A stretch of 64,000 nucleotides of DNA from Camelus ferus (Eukaryota): positions 49,416,001 through 49,480,000 of the forward strand of contig NC_045697.1 of NCBI RefSeq assembly GCF_009834535.1, written 5' to 3'. The position numbers and the translations under genes are program-made. Below, one piece after another: positions 39,390-52,589 of this stretch. The first letter of the stretch is position 1, and each line of letters starts with the position of its first letter. The notes beneath the pieces are model-generated. The model made no database searches. It was given only the letters and a program-made list of their open reading frames with translations, and was not told the origin of the DNA.

Positions 39390-40060
39390 CAGTGATTCTC
39401 AAAGTTTTCAATCACAGGACTCTTTTACACTGTTAAAAATTACTGAAGATCTCAAAGAGCTTTTGCTTATGTGGGCTATCTCCATTGATGTTTACTGTAT
39501 TAGAAATTGAAACTGGGATATATTTCAGATATTTATTAATCACTTTAAAATAAAAACTATACTTATTATGTTAACAAATATTTTTAAACTTTTTATTTTG
39601 CAATAATTGTAGACTCACAAGAAGTTGAAAATAATCCAGAGAGACCCCATGTTTCCATCATCCAGCGTCCCCAGTGGTGACATCTTACTTAACCACAGTA
39701 CGTCATCAAAACCAAAATGATAATGACATATTTTAAAGATTAACTATATATCCCCAAACAAAAATTAGTGAAGAGTGGCATTGTTTTACATATTTGCAAA
39801 TCTCTTTAATTTCTGACTCAATAAAAGACAGCTGAATTCTCATATCTGCTTCTGCAGTCAATCTGCTATGATGGTTTGTTGGCTAAAGTATATAAAAAAG
39901 TCCAGCCTCATGTAGTTGGAAAAGAATGTATTTTAATAGCCTTTTCAGATAATTGTGGATATTCTTCTTTGATATAGTATACCCAAACTTGATAAATGGT
40001 AATTCTTAAAGGTTAGTAGAAATAGGGAAATTGAAACCAAATCAATAAACTTTTCATGCT
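39390..40060. mobile_element. Charlie1-like hAT DNA transposon fragment
   Basis: 'cagtgattctcaaag...ttaaaaattactgaagatctcaaagagcttttgcttatgtggg' resembles the Charlie1 end. Confidence 0.6.
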
Positions 40061-41297
40061 CTCAATACCATACTGACAAAGACCACGAGGAACACACCTA
40101 TAACTGAACAAAGCTAGGTTTGCTGAATGTTCCAGCCCAGCCAATGGCAACTGCGCCTGATAACACATGGAACAGAAGAATCACTCAGCTGAGCCCAGTT
40201 AACCCACAGAATTGCAAAATATAGTAAGTATTGTTGTTTTAAAACATTAACTTTTGGGATAATTGGTTATCCAGCAATAGATAACCCAAGACACTGACAA
40301 TCCGAGGAGTTCGAGTTTAGCTGTGTTAATTAACAAAGGATAGTTTCAGGAAGGGCTCACGCTTCCCAGGAGCACTGTTTTCTAAGAATATACTAACAGT
40401 CCTTTTCTGTTTGGGGATTTTTGACATGTCTTCAAGATATATACAAGTATTTTGTGGGGGAAGTTGTTTGTTTTTTTAAAACAATTACTACTGCTGCTGG
40501 ACATAGAACTCATGTGCAGGTGTAATTAGGACTCCATAAATCTCTAACAATTATTGCTTTAAATTATTTCTGTAGAACTCAAAACCTTTTATCTGTATTT
40601 TAATGATTAAAATAAAGGCATACATTTCTTAATCTCCGGGTTAGTGTTTTGAAATATTTCCCAATCACAGACATTAGACACTAAGTAAACCTCAAAGCCG
40701 CTTCACAGGCAGGCATCTGCTAGAATGCTCCAGGCTGGGGGTCACTGTTCCTGGAGGCAGCCTGGTTCATTTTCAGAGAGAAATACATGTTAGAAAGTTT
40801 TCCCTTGTAGGTGTGTTGAGAATCTGGGGCTAATTAACCCAAAAAACAGAAACACAGTATTTTCTTGACAGAATCCTCATCTTAGTCTGAAACTAAAGGA
40901 AGCAGAGCCAAGTCTCTCTATTACTGACAGATTACAAACCATGTAATTTTTATCCCAGATGAAGATAATTTTAGGAGTGCATTTTTGGTAAACAGATTCG
41001 ATTTGTTATTATTATTTTTTTTAATTTTAAACTGTTTAAAGTGTACTCAATTGGGTTTTTTCTTTTTTACTAAAATTGTTTTTATGATATGTATTTATGG
41101 CAAAGGATATTGATTTTCCAATTACAGCATTGAGGTAATGTTTTCTTTTAAAATAAAAGCATCCAGAGTTTGAGAAACATTGGCCTCACAGACAGTCCAA
41201 TCTGTACCCACCTCTGCAGTCTCAAATCTGAGCTTCTTCTCAAACTCTCTCTAGCTACTTGGATCTTCCTGTGGTCCCCCAGATATACCCTACCTTT

Positions 41298-41786
41298 TGA
41301 GACAAAAGGGAAGAGGGCAGGGCACAACCATTAAAAGAAAGACACAGCAATTGAAGATATGACATACACTGGTTAGAACCAACTCAGCCAAAGATGGGAG
41401 AGGATTTGACTTCCAATGGACCTTGAGCCTCACAGCACACCCTCAGGCACTGAGACAGTTCAAAGGCTGGCCATAAAAGGCCAAAAAGTGGGTGGTGGCC
41501 CAATTCCTGGAAATCCCCACTCTTTCCCCAACACAGTTGGAATAGTCTTCCTACTTATTAGATATGAAATTACCCACCCTTGAAAACTAACCACCCCCAC
41601 ACCTCGTGGCCAGCCTCACTTTCAAAGATGTAACCCTATGCTCTGGGGCCACCCCTCTTGCCCTCTGAGACAGCCCATACTCTGCCTACGGAGTGTGTAT
41701 CTCCCTGAATAAATTTGCTTTCATTTTACTATGGCTCGATCTTGAATTCCTTCCTGTGCGAGACAAGAACCTATTCTCCAGCAACA
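41298..41786 (+). mobile_element. ERV1 solo LTR
   Basis: TG...CA termini, internal AATAAA (~41708), 4-bp TSD CTTT on both sides. Confidence 0.8.
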
Positions 41787-43569
41787 CTTTCACATAGTTT
41801 CCTGATCTTGAATTGCACACACACCACCTACCCCTCTCCACCTTTGGCCTAGCCTCATTCTTCAAGATCAAGCTCAAGTGCCTTCTCTGTGCAGCCTTCC
41901 AGCGACCCATCCCCTCCTCAACCCCTTCTTTGGGCCACCAATCTGCCTTGGGTTCTTTCCACTGGAGCCTGACTCACACACTCATGGTGACTGGCTTACA
42001 TGCCAGCCCCATGGGCTCCCTAATAACACAGGCAGGTTTTATGTCCTCTTCACCATTGTGACTCAAGCAACCGGCCAGGCACACAACAGGCACTCCACAA
42101 ATGTAATTTGAGTTAATGAATATTCATAAAGGTCAAACATTTTTCCTTGTTTCTAGGTTAGAATCCACTAGTTTATAAAGTCAGCATCAAATATCTCTAG
42201 GAAGATTAACAGTCAGAAAAAACTACCACACAGGACCCAACCTAGTCATGGAAACAAACCAAAAAGGTCATTTCTTTTAATAAACAGAAAGAAAAAAAAC
42301 AAGTTGCACAGATTTTTATTTAAATGATAATATGCTTGTGTTGTGAACACGTGGGGAAACAGGTACCCTCATCCATTGTTGGTAGAGGTGTAAATTGGTA
42401 CCAAAAATGCTCATCTTCTTTGACCCAATAACTCCTCTTCCACATGACTATTTTCAGAAACATTCTCAAGAGTACGAAAACCACATGTATAGAGATGTTC
42501 TTGGCAGCACTGTTTGTAATAGCCAAAAAATTAGATCCTGTCCTAAAGCCCATTAATGAAGGATGGAGTTTAAAAAAAGTGCCCTTCCCATTTCTATGAA
42601 ACACTAAGCAGCCATTAAAGAGAACTGTCCACCATTAGCTGTGGTCACTCCTGGGGCGTGAGTTTACGGGGGACTTTCACTGTCTACTCACATGGTGCAC
42701 CAGGAAAATTCTGAGTGAAATTCTGGAAACAAACCTAGTTGCCAAGGCTATTATCATTCAGTTTCCTGTAAGGTTTTCTTACAATCATGAGATACTTTTG
42801 TAATTCAAAAATACAAATTTAAAAACCAAACTACAGTTTGGCATTCCTTTAAAAAAGGGGCCCTATCCATTTTTAAAGCCACTAGATGTCACTCTGAGCA
42901 AATGCTGTGCCATAACTGTAGGTGCTAGAAAATGCTGATTCCTCATTACCTACCAGCTAGCAAGAGATGTGAGTCTGGTCCCAGGGAAAAGCGGACTTCT
43001 GGGGAAGAGTCCCCGCAGAACCCCTGCTGGCCCTGCACACTGTGCCAAGCGGAACAAATCAGAAAAGGAGAGGCACAAACTCAGGGAGGTGCAGCCAGGA
43101 CGTCTGAGGGAGGCACGGCTAACCCTGGACCCAGAGTTGGGGAGGGAGCCTCCCAGCAGCAACCGGGCACACCGTGGCCACAGCCATGCAGGTCCCTCCC
43201 TACTCCTGGGCCGTGAATTTGTGTATTGGATGTCCGGCTTTGACAGTTGATTTTGCTCCCGAAATATCTACCATCAAGGGAAACTTTTCCAGCACCAAGG
43301 AAGGAGTTTTGGGGGTGGAGGGTATCCAACCCAAATCTGATCAAACTTCTGGATCTACCTACTAAATTACATGTGCCACAGCTCAGAGGAATGTGTTAAA
43401 TGACAACAGATTACAGTTAACAAAACCCAGACTCGGGACTCTACATGACAAATGACCTAGTTTCTTCAACAAATAAATACAAGGAGACAAAAAGAGATGA
43501 AGAGGAAACCTCAGACTAAAAGAGGCTTAAGAGCCATATCAAGAAATTACAACATATAGAAATTATTTG

Positions 43570-45088
43570 ATCCCTCAATGGATCAGAATAGAGAGCCCAG
43601 AAATACACTCACACACCTACAGTTAATTTTTGACAAGGGAGGCAAAAATATGCAATGGAGAAAGGATAGTCTCTCCAGCAAGTGGTGTTGGGAAAGCTGA
43701 ACAGCTGCATACAAATCAATGAAGTTGGAACACTCCCTTCACCACACACAAAAACAAACTCAGAACGGCTTAAAGACTTGAACGTAAGATCAAACGTAAG
43801 ACACTATAAATCTCCTAGAAGAAAACATAGGCAAAACATTCTCTGACATAAATCTTAGCAATGTTCTCCTAGGGCAGTCTAGCCATGTAATGGAAATAAA
43901 AGCACAAATAAATAAATGGGACCTAATCAACCTTGTAAGCTTTTGCACAGCAAAGGAAGCCATAAGCAAAACAAAATGACAACCTACCAAATGGGAGAAA
44001 ATATTTGCAAGAGATAAGACTGACAAGGGCTTAATTTCCAGAATATATAAGCAGCTCAATACAACTTAATAAACAAACAAACAACCCAGTCCAAAAATGG
44101 GCAGAAGACCTAAATAAGCAATTCTCCAGTGAAGAGACACAAATGGCCAATAGGCACATGAAAAAATGCTCAATATGTCTAATTATCAGAGAAATGCAAA
44201 TCAAAACTACATTGAGGTATCACCTTACACCATGGCCATCATTCCAAACTCCACAAATGATAAATGCTGGAGGGGCTGTGGAGAAAAGGGAACCCACCTA
44301 CACTGCTGGTGGGAATGTAGTTTGGTGCAGCCATTACGGAACACAGTATTGAGATTCAGCAAAAACTAAAACTAGACTTACCATATGATCCAGCAATCCT
44401 ACTCCTGGATATATATCCAGAGGAAACTTAAAAAAAAAAAAAAAAAAAAAAAGATACATCCACCCCAATGCTCATAGCAGCATTATTTCAATAGCCAAGA
44501 CACGGAAGCAACCTAAATGCCCATCAACAGATGACTGGGTAAACAAATTGTGGTATATGTATACAATGGAATACTACTCAGCCATAAAAGTGAATGAAAT
44601 AATGCCATTTGCAGCAACATGGAGGGACCTGGAGATCATCATAATAAGTGAAGTAAGCCAGAAAGAGAAAGAAAAATACCATATAATATCACTTACATGT
44701 GGAATCTAAAAAAAAAAAACAAAAAAAACAAAACGACACAAATGAACTTATTTCCAAAACCGAAACAGACTCACAGACATAAAAAACAAATTTATGGTTA
44801 CCAGGGATTAAGGGTGGGGTGGAGGGATAAATTGAGAGTTTGGGATTTGCAGATACTAACTACTATATATAAAATAGATAAACAACAAGGTCCTACTGTA
44901 TAGCACAGGGCACTATATCCAATACCTTGTAATAGCCTACAATGAAAAAGAATATGAAAAGGAATATGTATCTATATGTATAACTGAACCACTATGCTGT
45001 ACACCAGAATCTAACATTGTAAACTGACTACATTTCAATTTAAAAAATAAATATAATTGTTACCCAAAAATCAAGTTAAATTAAAAAG
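43570..45088 (+). mobile_element. 5'-truncated L1 inserted in an older L1 3' fragment
   Basis: ORF2 C-terminal remnants ([10 protein letters not shown]...[15 protein letters not shown]); TSD-like TAGAA(A/G)TTATTTG at 43557-43569 and 45089-45101. Confidence 0.88.
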
Positions 45089-47284
45089 TAGAAGTTATTT
45101 GGATTTCCTAATCAAAGAAACTTAAAACAAACAAAAAAAAGACAATCAGAGATGTGTGAATACTGACTGGGTATTTGATGATATTAAGGAATTACTGTTA
45201 ATTTTTAGGTATTATAATGACACTGAGGTTATTTTAAGTCCTTAGAGAAACATACTGAAATATTTCCTGGGATTTGTTTCAAAATAAGGGGCAGTGTGTG
45301 GGGGTGCAGATGGAATCATGCTGGCCCTGAGTTGATCATTATTGAAGCTGGGTGATGATTACATGAGGTAATTATACTATTCTCTTTTACTTTTTTGTTT
45401 GAGTTTTACTATAAGCATTGTTTAAAATTAGATATCAGCATTAAGGTGGGAGAAATAAATGACATATTTGCTAAAGCAAACAATCAAACTTTCTCAGGGC
45501 ACAACTGGAGTTGGGTGAGAACCATAGCTGTCATCAAACTTCAAGTAGACTAGAGTAAAATAAACACTTTTCATTTATCAGTTTTGTGGGATTTGGGAGG
45601 GAAATCATCTAATCTCATTAAGCCTCAGTTTCCTCATCTGTAAATGGGTATCACATATCAGTATGTTCCAAAGGATTCATGAGACTTAAATGAGAGAGGA
45701 ATGTAAAAGTATTTTGAAAGCCATGACTTAACTACCTGAGTGCTAACAGTAGTTTATGTGGTAACACTGGTTCATTGATTCACAAATGTATGCCATAAAC
45801 ATTACAAAGTGCCAGATGCCCATGTGAGGCACTGTGAATACAACAATGATGGGACATTAGCCTCGCTTTGTCTAATTCAGTGTTTCTCACCTCTGGATAC
45901 ACATTAAAAATACCAGTGCCTAGGCATCACCCCAGACCAGTTAAGTTAGAATCTCTAGGTGTGGGTCTGGGCATAGGCATTTTGTTCTAAGAAGTTTCAC
46001 AATTGATTAATTACACTGTGAGGCCAGGGTTGAGACCATTCATTTAACTGATCTTTGATCAATGAGTAGTTCTGAGCAATCTATTAAGAAGACTGTGTCT
46101 TGATTTATGAAGTTTTCAAGCAACTTTTAATGACTAGAGGTACCCTCTAGGTGTTCACTCTGTGGAAGGACAAGGACTGGTCCAGCTGTGCACATCACTG
46201 TGGCCATCTGGCCACACCTGACTTCCCAGTTGTTGACAAAAGAATCAGTCAATTTCAGGCATTTCCCATGGAATTTTCCTTTGTGTTTTTCTTCCTTACA
46301 GGGGATTTATCTTTTCTGATTAGAAAAGGTTTTTGGTTTTGTAAACATCCCAGTCTCAGAAGTGAACAAAGGAGCCTAGTCAGGGTTCCTGAGTCACATT
46401 CCCAGTCAGACCTTCCAGAGGCTCCACCCCTGAGTCACGGTGAGCCCTGAAACCACAGGGTGTGAGAGAGGAGAGCAGGAGCCTGGCCACACCATCCTAC
46501 TCAGCACAGAATTCCCCGCAGACACTTCCTGTGTGAACTTCCTGTTTATTCCAGAAGGTTCTGAACAGAGAAAGAGGATCGGTTGGAACGCTTAAGAAAG
46601 AAAAGGAAATCTTGGTTGAAAGGCAAGTTTCTGGAGAAATAAAATAAAATAATACTCTCAAAGCAGAGTCCCAGATTCTCCGAGTGTCTCTACTAGATGC
46701 AGGAGTTGTATAAAACCGTAGAAATAAAGATTTACTTGTGGTGGGATCAGATTTTAACTTCTTCCCTCTACATATCCAGGCATCTTTCTTTCTTAACACA
46801 TGTCCTCAGATTTGAGCAGCTGGGTGGGATCTTTCTGGGCACAGAGGAAGTCCAGAGGGAGGAGAGCATGTGCTCTGGAATCACAGATGTGACCCCAGCT
46901 CCAACCCTAACCTGCTGTGCAACCTTGGGTAAAATGCTTAAATGCTTCCCTATCTGTAAAGAGGGGTTCGTGATAATACTTACTTCATACGGTTTCTGGG
47001 AGGATTACATGAGATAAACCATAAATGAGATTAAATAAGATATACAATGCTTAACACAGCGCCCACTGCCTAGTAAGTGATGATTAAGTTTAACACAGGA
47101 GATCTACTGCCAGAAACCCCTCAGACCAGTGCTTCTTAAACTTTATGTACTTAGGAATCACCTGGAGACCGTATTCAAAAGCACATTCAGGGTACGAGTT
47201 TCCATTTAGGAAGCTGAAAAAGTTCTGGAGATGGATGGTAAGGTTGCATAACAATGTGAATATACTTAATGCCACTGAACTGTA

Positions 47285-47545
47285 ATTTGTTTTTTTAATG
47301 GAGGTACTGAGGATTGAACCCAGGACCTAAGCATGCTAAGCATGTGCTCTACCACTGAGCTATACCTTCCCCAAAACTGTACTTTTAGAAGTGGTTAAAA
47401 TGTCAAATTTTAGGTTATGTACATTTTACTACAATTAAAAAAAAAACTTTTTTCTTCCTTTTAATGAAGATACTGGGGATTGAACTCAGGACCTCGTGGA
47501 TGCTAAGCATGTGCTATACCCTCCCCCTCTATGCACCCCCTCAAA
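47285..47545 (-). mobile_element. Two Vic-1-like SINEs, antisense
   Basis: Reverse copies 'ggaggtactgaggattgaacccaggacc...ctgagctataccttcccc' and 'gatactggggattgaactcaggacctcg'. Confidence 0.8.
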
Positions 47546-48464
47546 AACATTTTTTTGTTTTAAAAAAAAATTGATGCCTGGGCTCCATTCCGGATCAATT
47601 GAATCAGAATGTCTGGGGTATGGAAACTGGGAATTAATTATTTTAAAAAGTCTAATGTGCAGCCATGTTGAAAACCTCCACCTTAGAGGGTTTCACTTTT
47701 GTTTTGCCCTTAATCACAGCAAAAATTATGACTGGAGACAAAGAGGCTGGCGCTATGATCATCCCAAAACGTAAGATTTCCCATCTTTAATGACAAAAAG
47801 GGAACACTTGTGTGTCTGAGCGAAGCAGGAGTTCTGGTGAAATTGTAAGCATGTTGTGTCTTTACTCCAAGAGTGATAATCACTTGCTCCTTGGTGAGAG
47901 CACAGAACCAAGGGCCAGTTGGCACCTTGCGAAGCCCTGGACTGCTGACCCAGCCGCTAGGAAAGGACCCAGAGGGAAGGAGGTTTTGTTGAGCCCCATT
48001 CATAGGAAAGTCTCACCAAATACTGGCTGCATGCTTTGAATTTTGAAATGAAAAGGATTTTAACTATAAGAGAATTTCAAAAATTCATCTTTTTATCTGA
48101 GAGATAAGTTTGGGATGAACTGCCCCACAATGTAGATAGCAAACATAGCAGAACTTGGCAAAGTGATAACACATTTACCAAATTCACTTAAAATGAGTAT
48201 GGATTAAAATGTGGTTTCTGGACTTCCGGGCCATTTTGTTACCCTTATGCTCTCCTGTCAGAAGGAGTATTTGTTTGGACATGCTTTAGAAAAATGAGAT
48301 CTCCAAAGATGAAGTTTTATCTATGTGACTTACGTTCTTTAAATCCATTCTCCTACATAGATTTAAAGCATATTCTAAGCAGGGTTCCCCAAACCTGGAC
48401 AAATACCAGATTTGTAAAAAATGCTGAATTAGAATCACCTAGGATGGGGCCCCAGAACTTGCAG

Positions 48465-48945
48465 ATGGTGTATTTATGCCCTATGGCTGCTATAACAAAT
48501 TACCACCAACTTAGTGGCTTAAAACAATATGAATTTACCCTCTTACAGTTCAGTAGGTCAGAAATCCGACACAGGTCTCGGCGGGGCTGTCCTTTCTGGA
48601 GGCTCTAGGAGAGAATCTGCTTCCCTGCCTTTCCCAGCTTCTAGAAGCTGCCCACATTCCCTGGCTCGAGGCCCTTTCCTCCACCTTCAAAGCTAGCAAC
48701 AGCAGAGTGAGTTCTCCTCACATCACCTCCCTCTGACCTCCTCTCTTGCCCCGCCTCCCCCCTTTTAAGGGCCCTTGTGATTACATTGGGCCCATCTGGA
48801 AAATGCAGGATGAGATCAACATCTCAAGGACCTTAACTTAATCACACCTGCAAAGGCCCTTTTGCCATATAAGGGAACACTCACAGGTTCTGAGGGCTGG
48901 GGTCTGGACATCCTTGGGAAAGGCCATTATTCTGCCCCCCACAGA
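48465..48945. mobile_element. MLT1-type MaLR solo LTR
   Basis: 'ggctgctataacaaattaccaccaacttagtggcttaaaacaa...ggccattattctgcccccca' matches MLT1 consensus as recalled. Confidence 0.8.
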
Positions 48946-51900
48946 TGGGTGACTCTCCCCCAGATAAACCTGAGGCAGGTTGGCCATGAACTGTCACTTG
49001 GGAACCATTGCTGGATGTCAAAGCCTCTCTCCAGCCCATAGCTCCAGTCCCAGCCTTGGTTTCCTTCTAATGAAATTCTCGTGGTTCTTTCCCCACATAC
49101 AGTCATTCCTACCCCGACTCTCGCCCTCAGAGGAGAGTGAGATCTCCAGATGATTTTCACTTATTCTCTCAGAAACGTTATTGAGTGTCTCTGTTTTTCA
49201 CTTTTCTCGTTTTACTTGGAGACCAATTTGGTTATAAGCCCTTACTAATCATGTGTCTCCTTAGGTATAATTCAGTTGAGGACTAGTTCATACAAGAGTA
49301 TATTCCTTAGTCTCGGTTAGAAAACCTATCTGCAGCCCGTATGTTTAAGAACCTAAATAAGTTAAACTATCAATTAAAAAAATATCCTTTTTGCCTGGGG
49401 TCTTTTGGTTGAAAAGAACTAGCTCTTGTTAATGCATGTAAGCGGGGAAGGTGGGATTCCTTATAAAGATACAGTCAGAGCAAAGAGAACCGGAATTGCA
49501 GAGCAGAAAATGTAATGGTCGGGCATCATTCACCCTAAAATTGAGGAGACGAGCAGGGGGATACTTCAGCATCCAAAGTCATCCTTGGAATATCAGCAGC
49601 AGAGTATTCTAAATCTTTCCTCTGAAGTGGTCTCCTGAATATTACTCAGCAAATTATCTTCACTTTGGGGATAGACAGCTTTTTAAAACCACTAAACTCA
49701 TTGGTAATTACTGACATGTATTTTAGTATTTTTTATTAAGGTAATCTCTACAGTAAAAAAAATTCAAACAATTTAAAAAGTTTATACTTTGAATGAAAAA
49801 AGTCTCTATTCTTCTTGAGAGAAACCTTTGTTAACAGTTTGTACATGCTTCCAGAATTGTTTGAAGGTACGCATAAACATATAGGTATATATCTTTTTAA
49901 AAGCACATGTGAAGTTACATCACTTGTTCCTTGGTTTTTATTCACCAAACAATATATTTTGGTGACTTTTTTCATATTCTTACACATAAATCTACTTTGT
50001 TCTTCCTAATGGCTTGTTTAATATATTCCATTACATGGATTACCATAATTTATTTAACTAGTCCCCAACTGAGGAGCATTTGGATGACCAGATTTTTCCA
50101 AATATGAACAATAATGCAATAAACCTTCTTGTCCATTTTTTGTTGCCCCCTTGCATGATTATAGAGGCAAAGCAAATTCCTAGAAGTGAAATTGCTGAGT
50201 CAAAGTAAATGTGCATTTAAAATCTTGTTAATTTGCTATTCATTTGCGTTTCTTCTTCTGTGAACCACTAACTCATGTTCTTAGTCTATTTCTCTATTGA
50301 GTTACTCATCTTTTTCTTATTTATTTTTAAGAGCTTTTTATATATGAAGGAAATCAGTTCATCTGACATACGAGTTGAAATTGCCAATCCCCATTTTGAC
50401 ATTGTTCTTTTGATTTCATTAACTATTGAATTTCTCTCTTTCCTAAGGGAAAAGTAAGAACCTGGAGGTTTTTGCTTTTCTGTGTTAGCTTCTGAATCAC
50501 CCAACTAGTTAGGATTCCTAGAACACCACTGTCTGTGCAGACTTCCCTGTCACTTCCTGCCTCATCATCCTTGAGGAGGACTGGACTATCTGTGGTTCCA
50601 CAAATCCACCATGTTATTTCTCACTTCCCTGTTCTTTGCCCATAGTGTCCCCTCTGCCTGGAATGTCTTTTCTGTCTTTCCCATTAAACTTGGCTAAATA
50701 CTGCTTTCCATCTGAGATTTAGTGGCATCATCTCTTCCTCCAGGAACCTTCTAAGCTAGGTGTTCCTCTTCTGTCCCCATAGCACCCTGTGTATTGTTGC
50801 CCTCTCCTCACTGTGTTTTAATTATTCATGACTCTGTCTTTCCCCTTAGACTGTGCTTTCCTTAAAGGCAGGAACTATATCTGCCCATTTTTTGTATTCC
50901 CAGGCTCACAATAATGTATGTTAAAGGAAGAGGGAAGGAAAGGGGGAAGGAAGGAAGGCAGATAGTCAGTCAGTCAAGGTCAGGCCCCCTAATGTTCGCT
51001 ATGCTCTGTTCCCTTACTTTGGTGGTTTATCCTTCACTTACCAGAAAAGTTTTTGAAATCCATCACCTTCTTATGTTCCCAGTGTCTGAGACCCTCTAGG
51101 GCTGCCCAATACAGATAAGTGATTTGTCCTTCAATCTCCATTTCTCTTCTTCAAAACCTTTTGTTACAGCATTTACAATAGTAAAATATTTCTTTAACTC
51201 ATAATTTGGATCAGACATTATTTATTGTACCTCCTACTTTTGTATAGCATTTTATAATTTTCAAATCTCTTTTTTTTGTATAAATTTTAGTTGATCCTCA
51301 CACAACCCTGTGAGGTCACTAAAACAGGTAATAGAAACCCCTTCTCATAGATAGAGAAACTGAGGCTGAGAGATTTTAGTGACTTGCTATCAGTCACATA
51401 ACTATTATCTTTGAAGCCAGGACTGAAACCCAGTCCTTCTGGCTCTGAATCCAGTACTCTTTCCATGGCTTCATTCTGCCTGTTCATATCCTAGTGAAAA
51501 TTTGATTTTGATTCTATGGCTGTTTTAACCATTTGTTTCAGCATATCCATTCAAAGACATTTGCGTCTGTTCCATAATTGAAACTTCGGGAATGACCCCA
51601 CGTAAGACTGGTTTCTATTTGCTACTTGTCAGCAGCAGCACCTCCCTCCCTCTAGCCTAAGAACTGCACATTCTTTACAGAAAAGAATCTGGTCAGGTGG
51701 GAAAACTGTGGAACCTGGTAGCAGGCAAGACCGTTGTTCCTGGTCCCTGGGTCCACCATATTTCATCACACCATATTTTCTCTTCTTACCCTCTCATCTT
51801 TCAGCCAGTCAAGTACTAAGTAACTATTGAAATTAGTGTTTACAAAGAGTCTGTAGTTGCATAGTTGCCATATATGTAAAAAAAAAAAAAAAAAAAAAAA

Positions 51901-52589
51901 AGGCAAGACTTCACTAAGATTTCAGCCGCATAAATAGTAGGTTTAAGTGAAGACTACAAGCAAATGCATCAAAAAGTTACTAGTGGTCAGCTCTAAGTGT
52001 TAGGGTCATGAGTTGTTCTTATTTTCCTTTTTGTTCATATGTATATATTAATAACAAGTTTATTGAGATATAATTCACAATCCATAAAGCTCATCCTTTA
52101 AAGGTACACAATTCAGTGGTTTTAGTATATTCCCAGAGTTGTCCATCATCACCACTCTCTGATTCCAGAACATTTTCATCACGCCAAAAAGAAACAACAT
52201 GCTCATGAGCGGTCGCTCCCCTTCTCCCCAGCCCCCGTGACTATTAGTCTACTTTCTGTCTCTATGAATTTGCCTATTCTGGACATTTCATATAAATGGA
52301 ATCATACAATATGTGACCATTTGTGTCTGGCTCCGTTTTTTCTTTGCATAATGTTTTCAAAGTACATACATGTTGCAACAGGTATCAGTATTTCATTCTT
52401 TTTTTTTAAACGTAACGAAAGTATTTTTTGTAGGTTTTCTTGAAAATGCTAACTCCCTCACTAAATTAAAAATACTTTTAGACTTTGTTATAACCACTTA
52501 GTGATAACTTGAGGTGTCACCCTAAAAATTTGTTTTTTCATTAATGTCTTATTTCTTTCGAAGAACAGAGTAAAGTGTTTTAATGTTAT

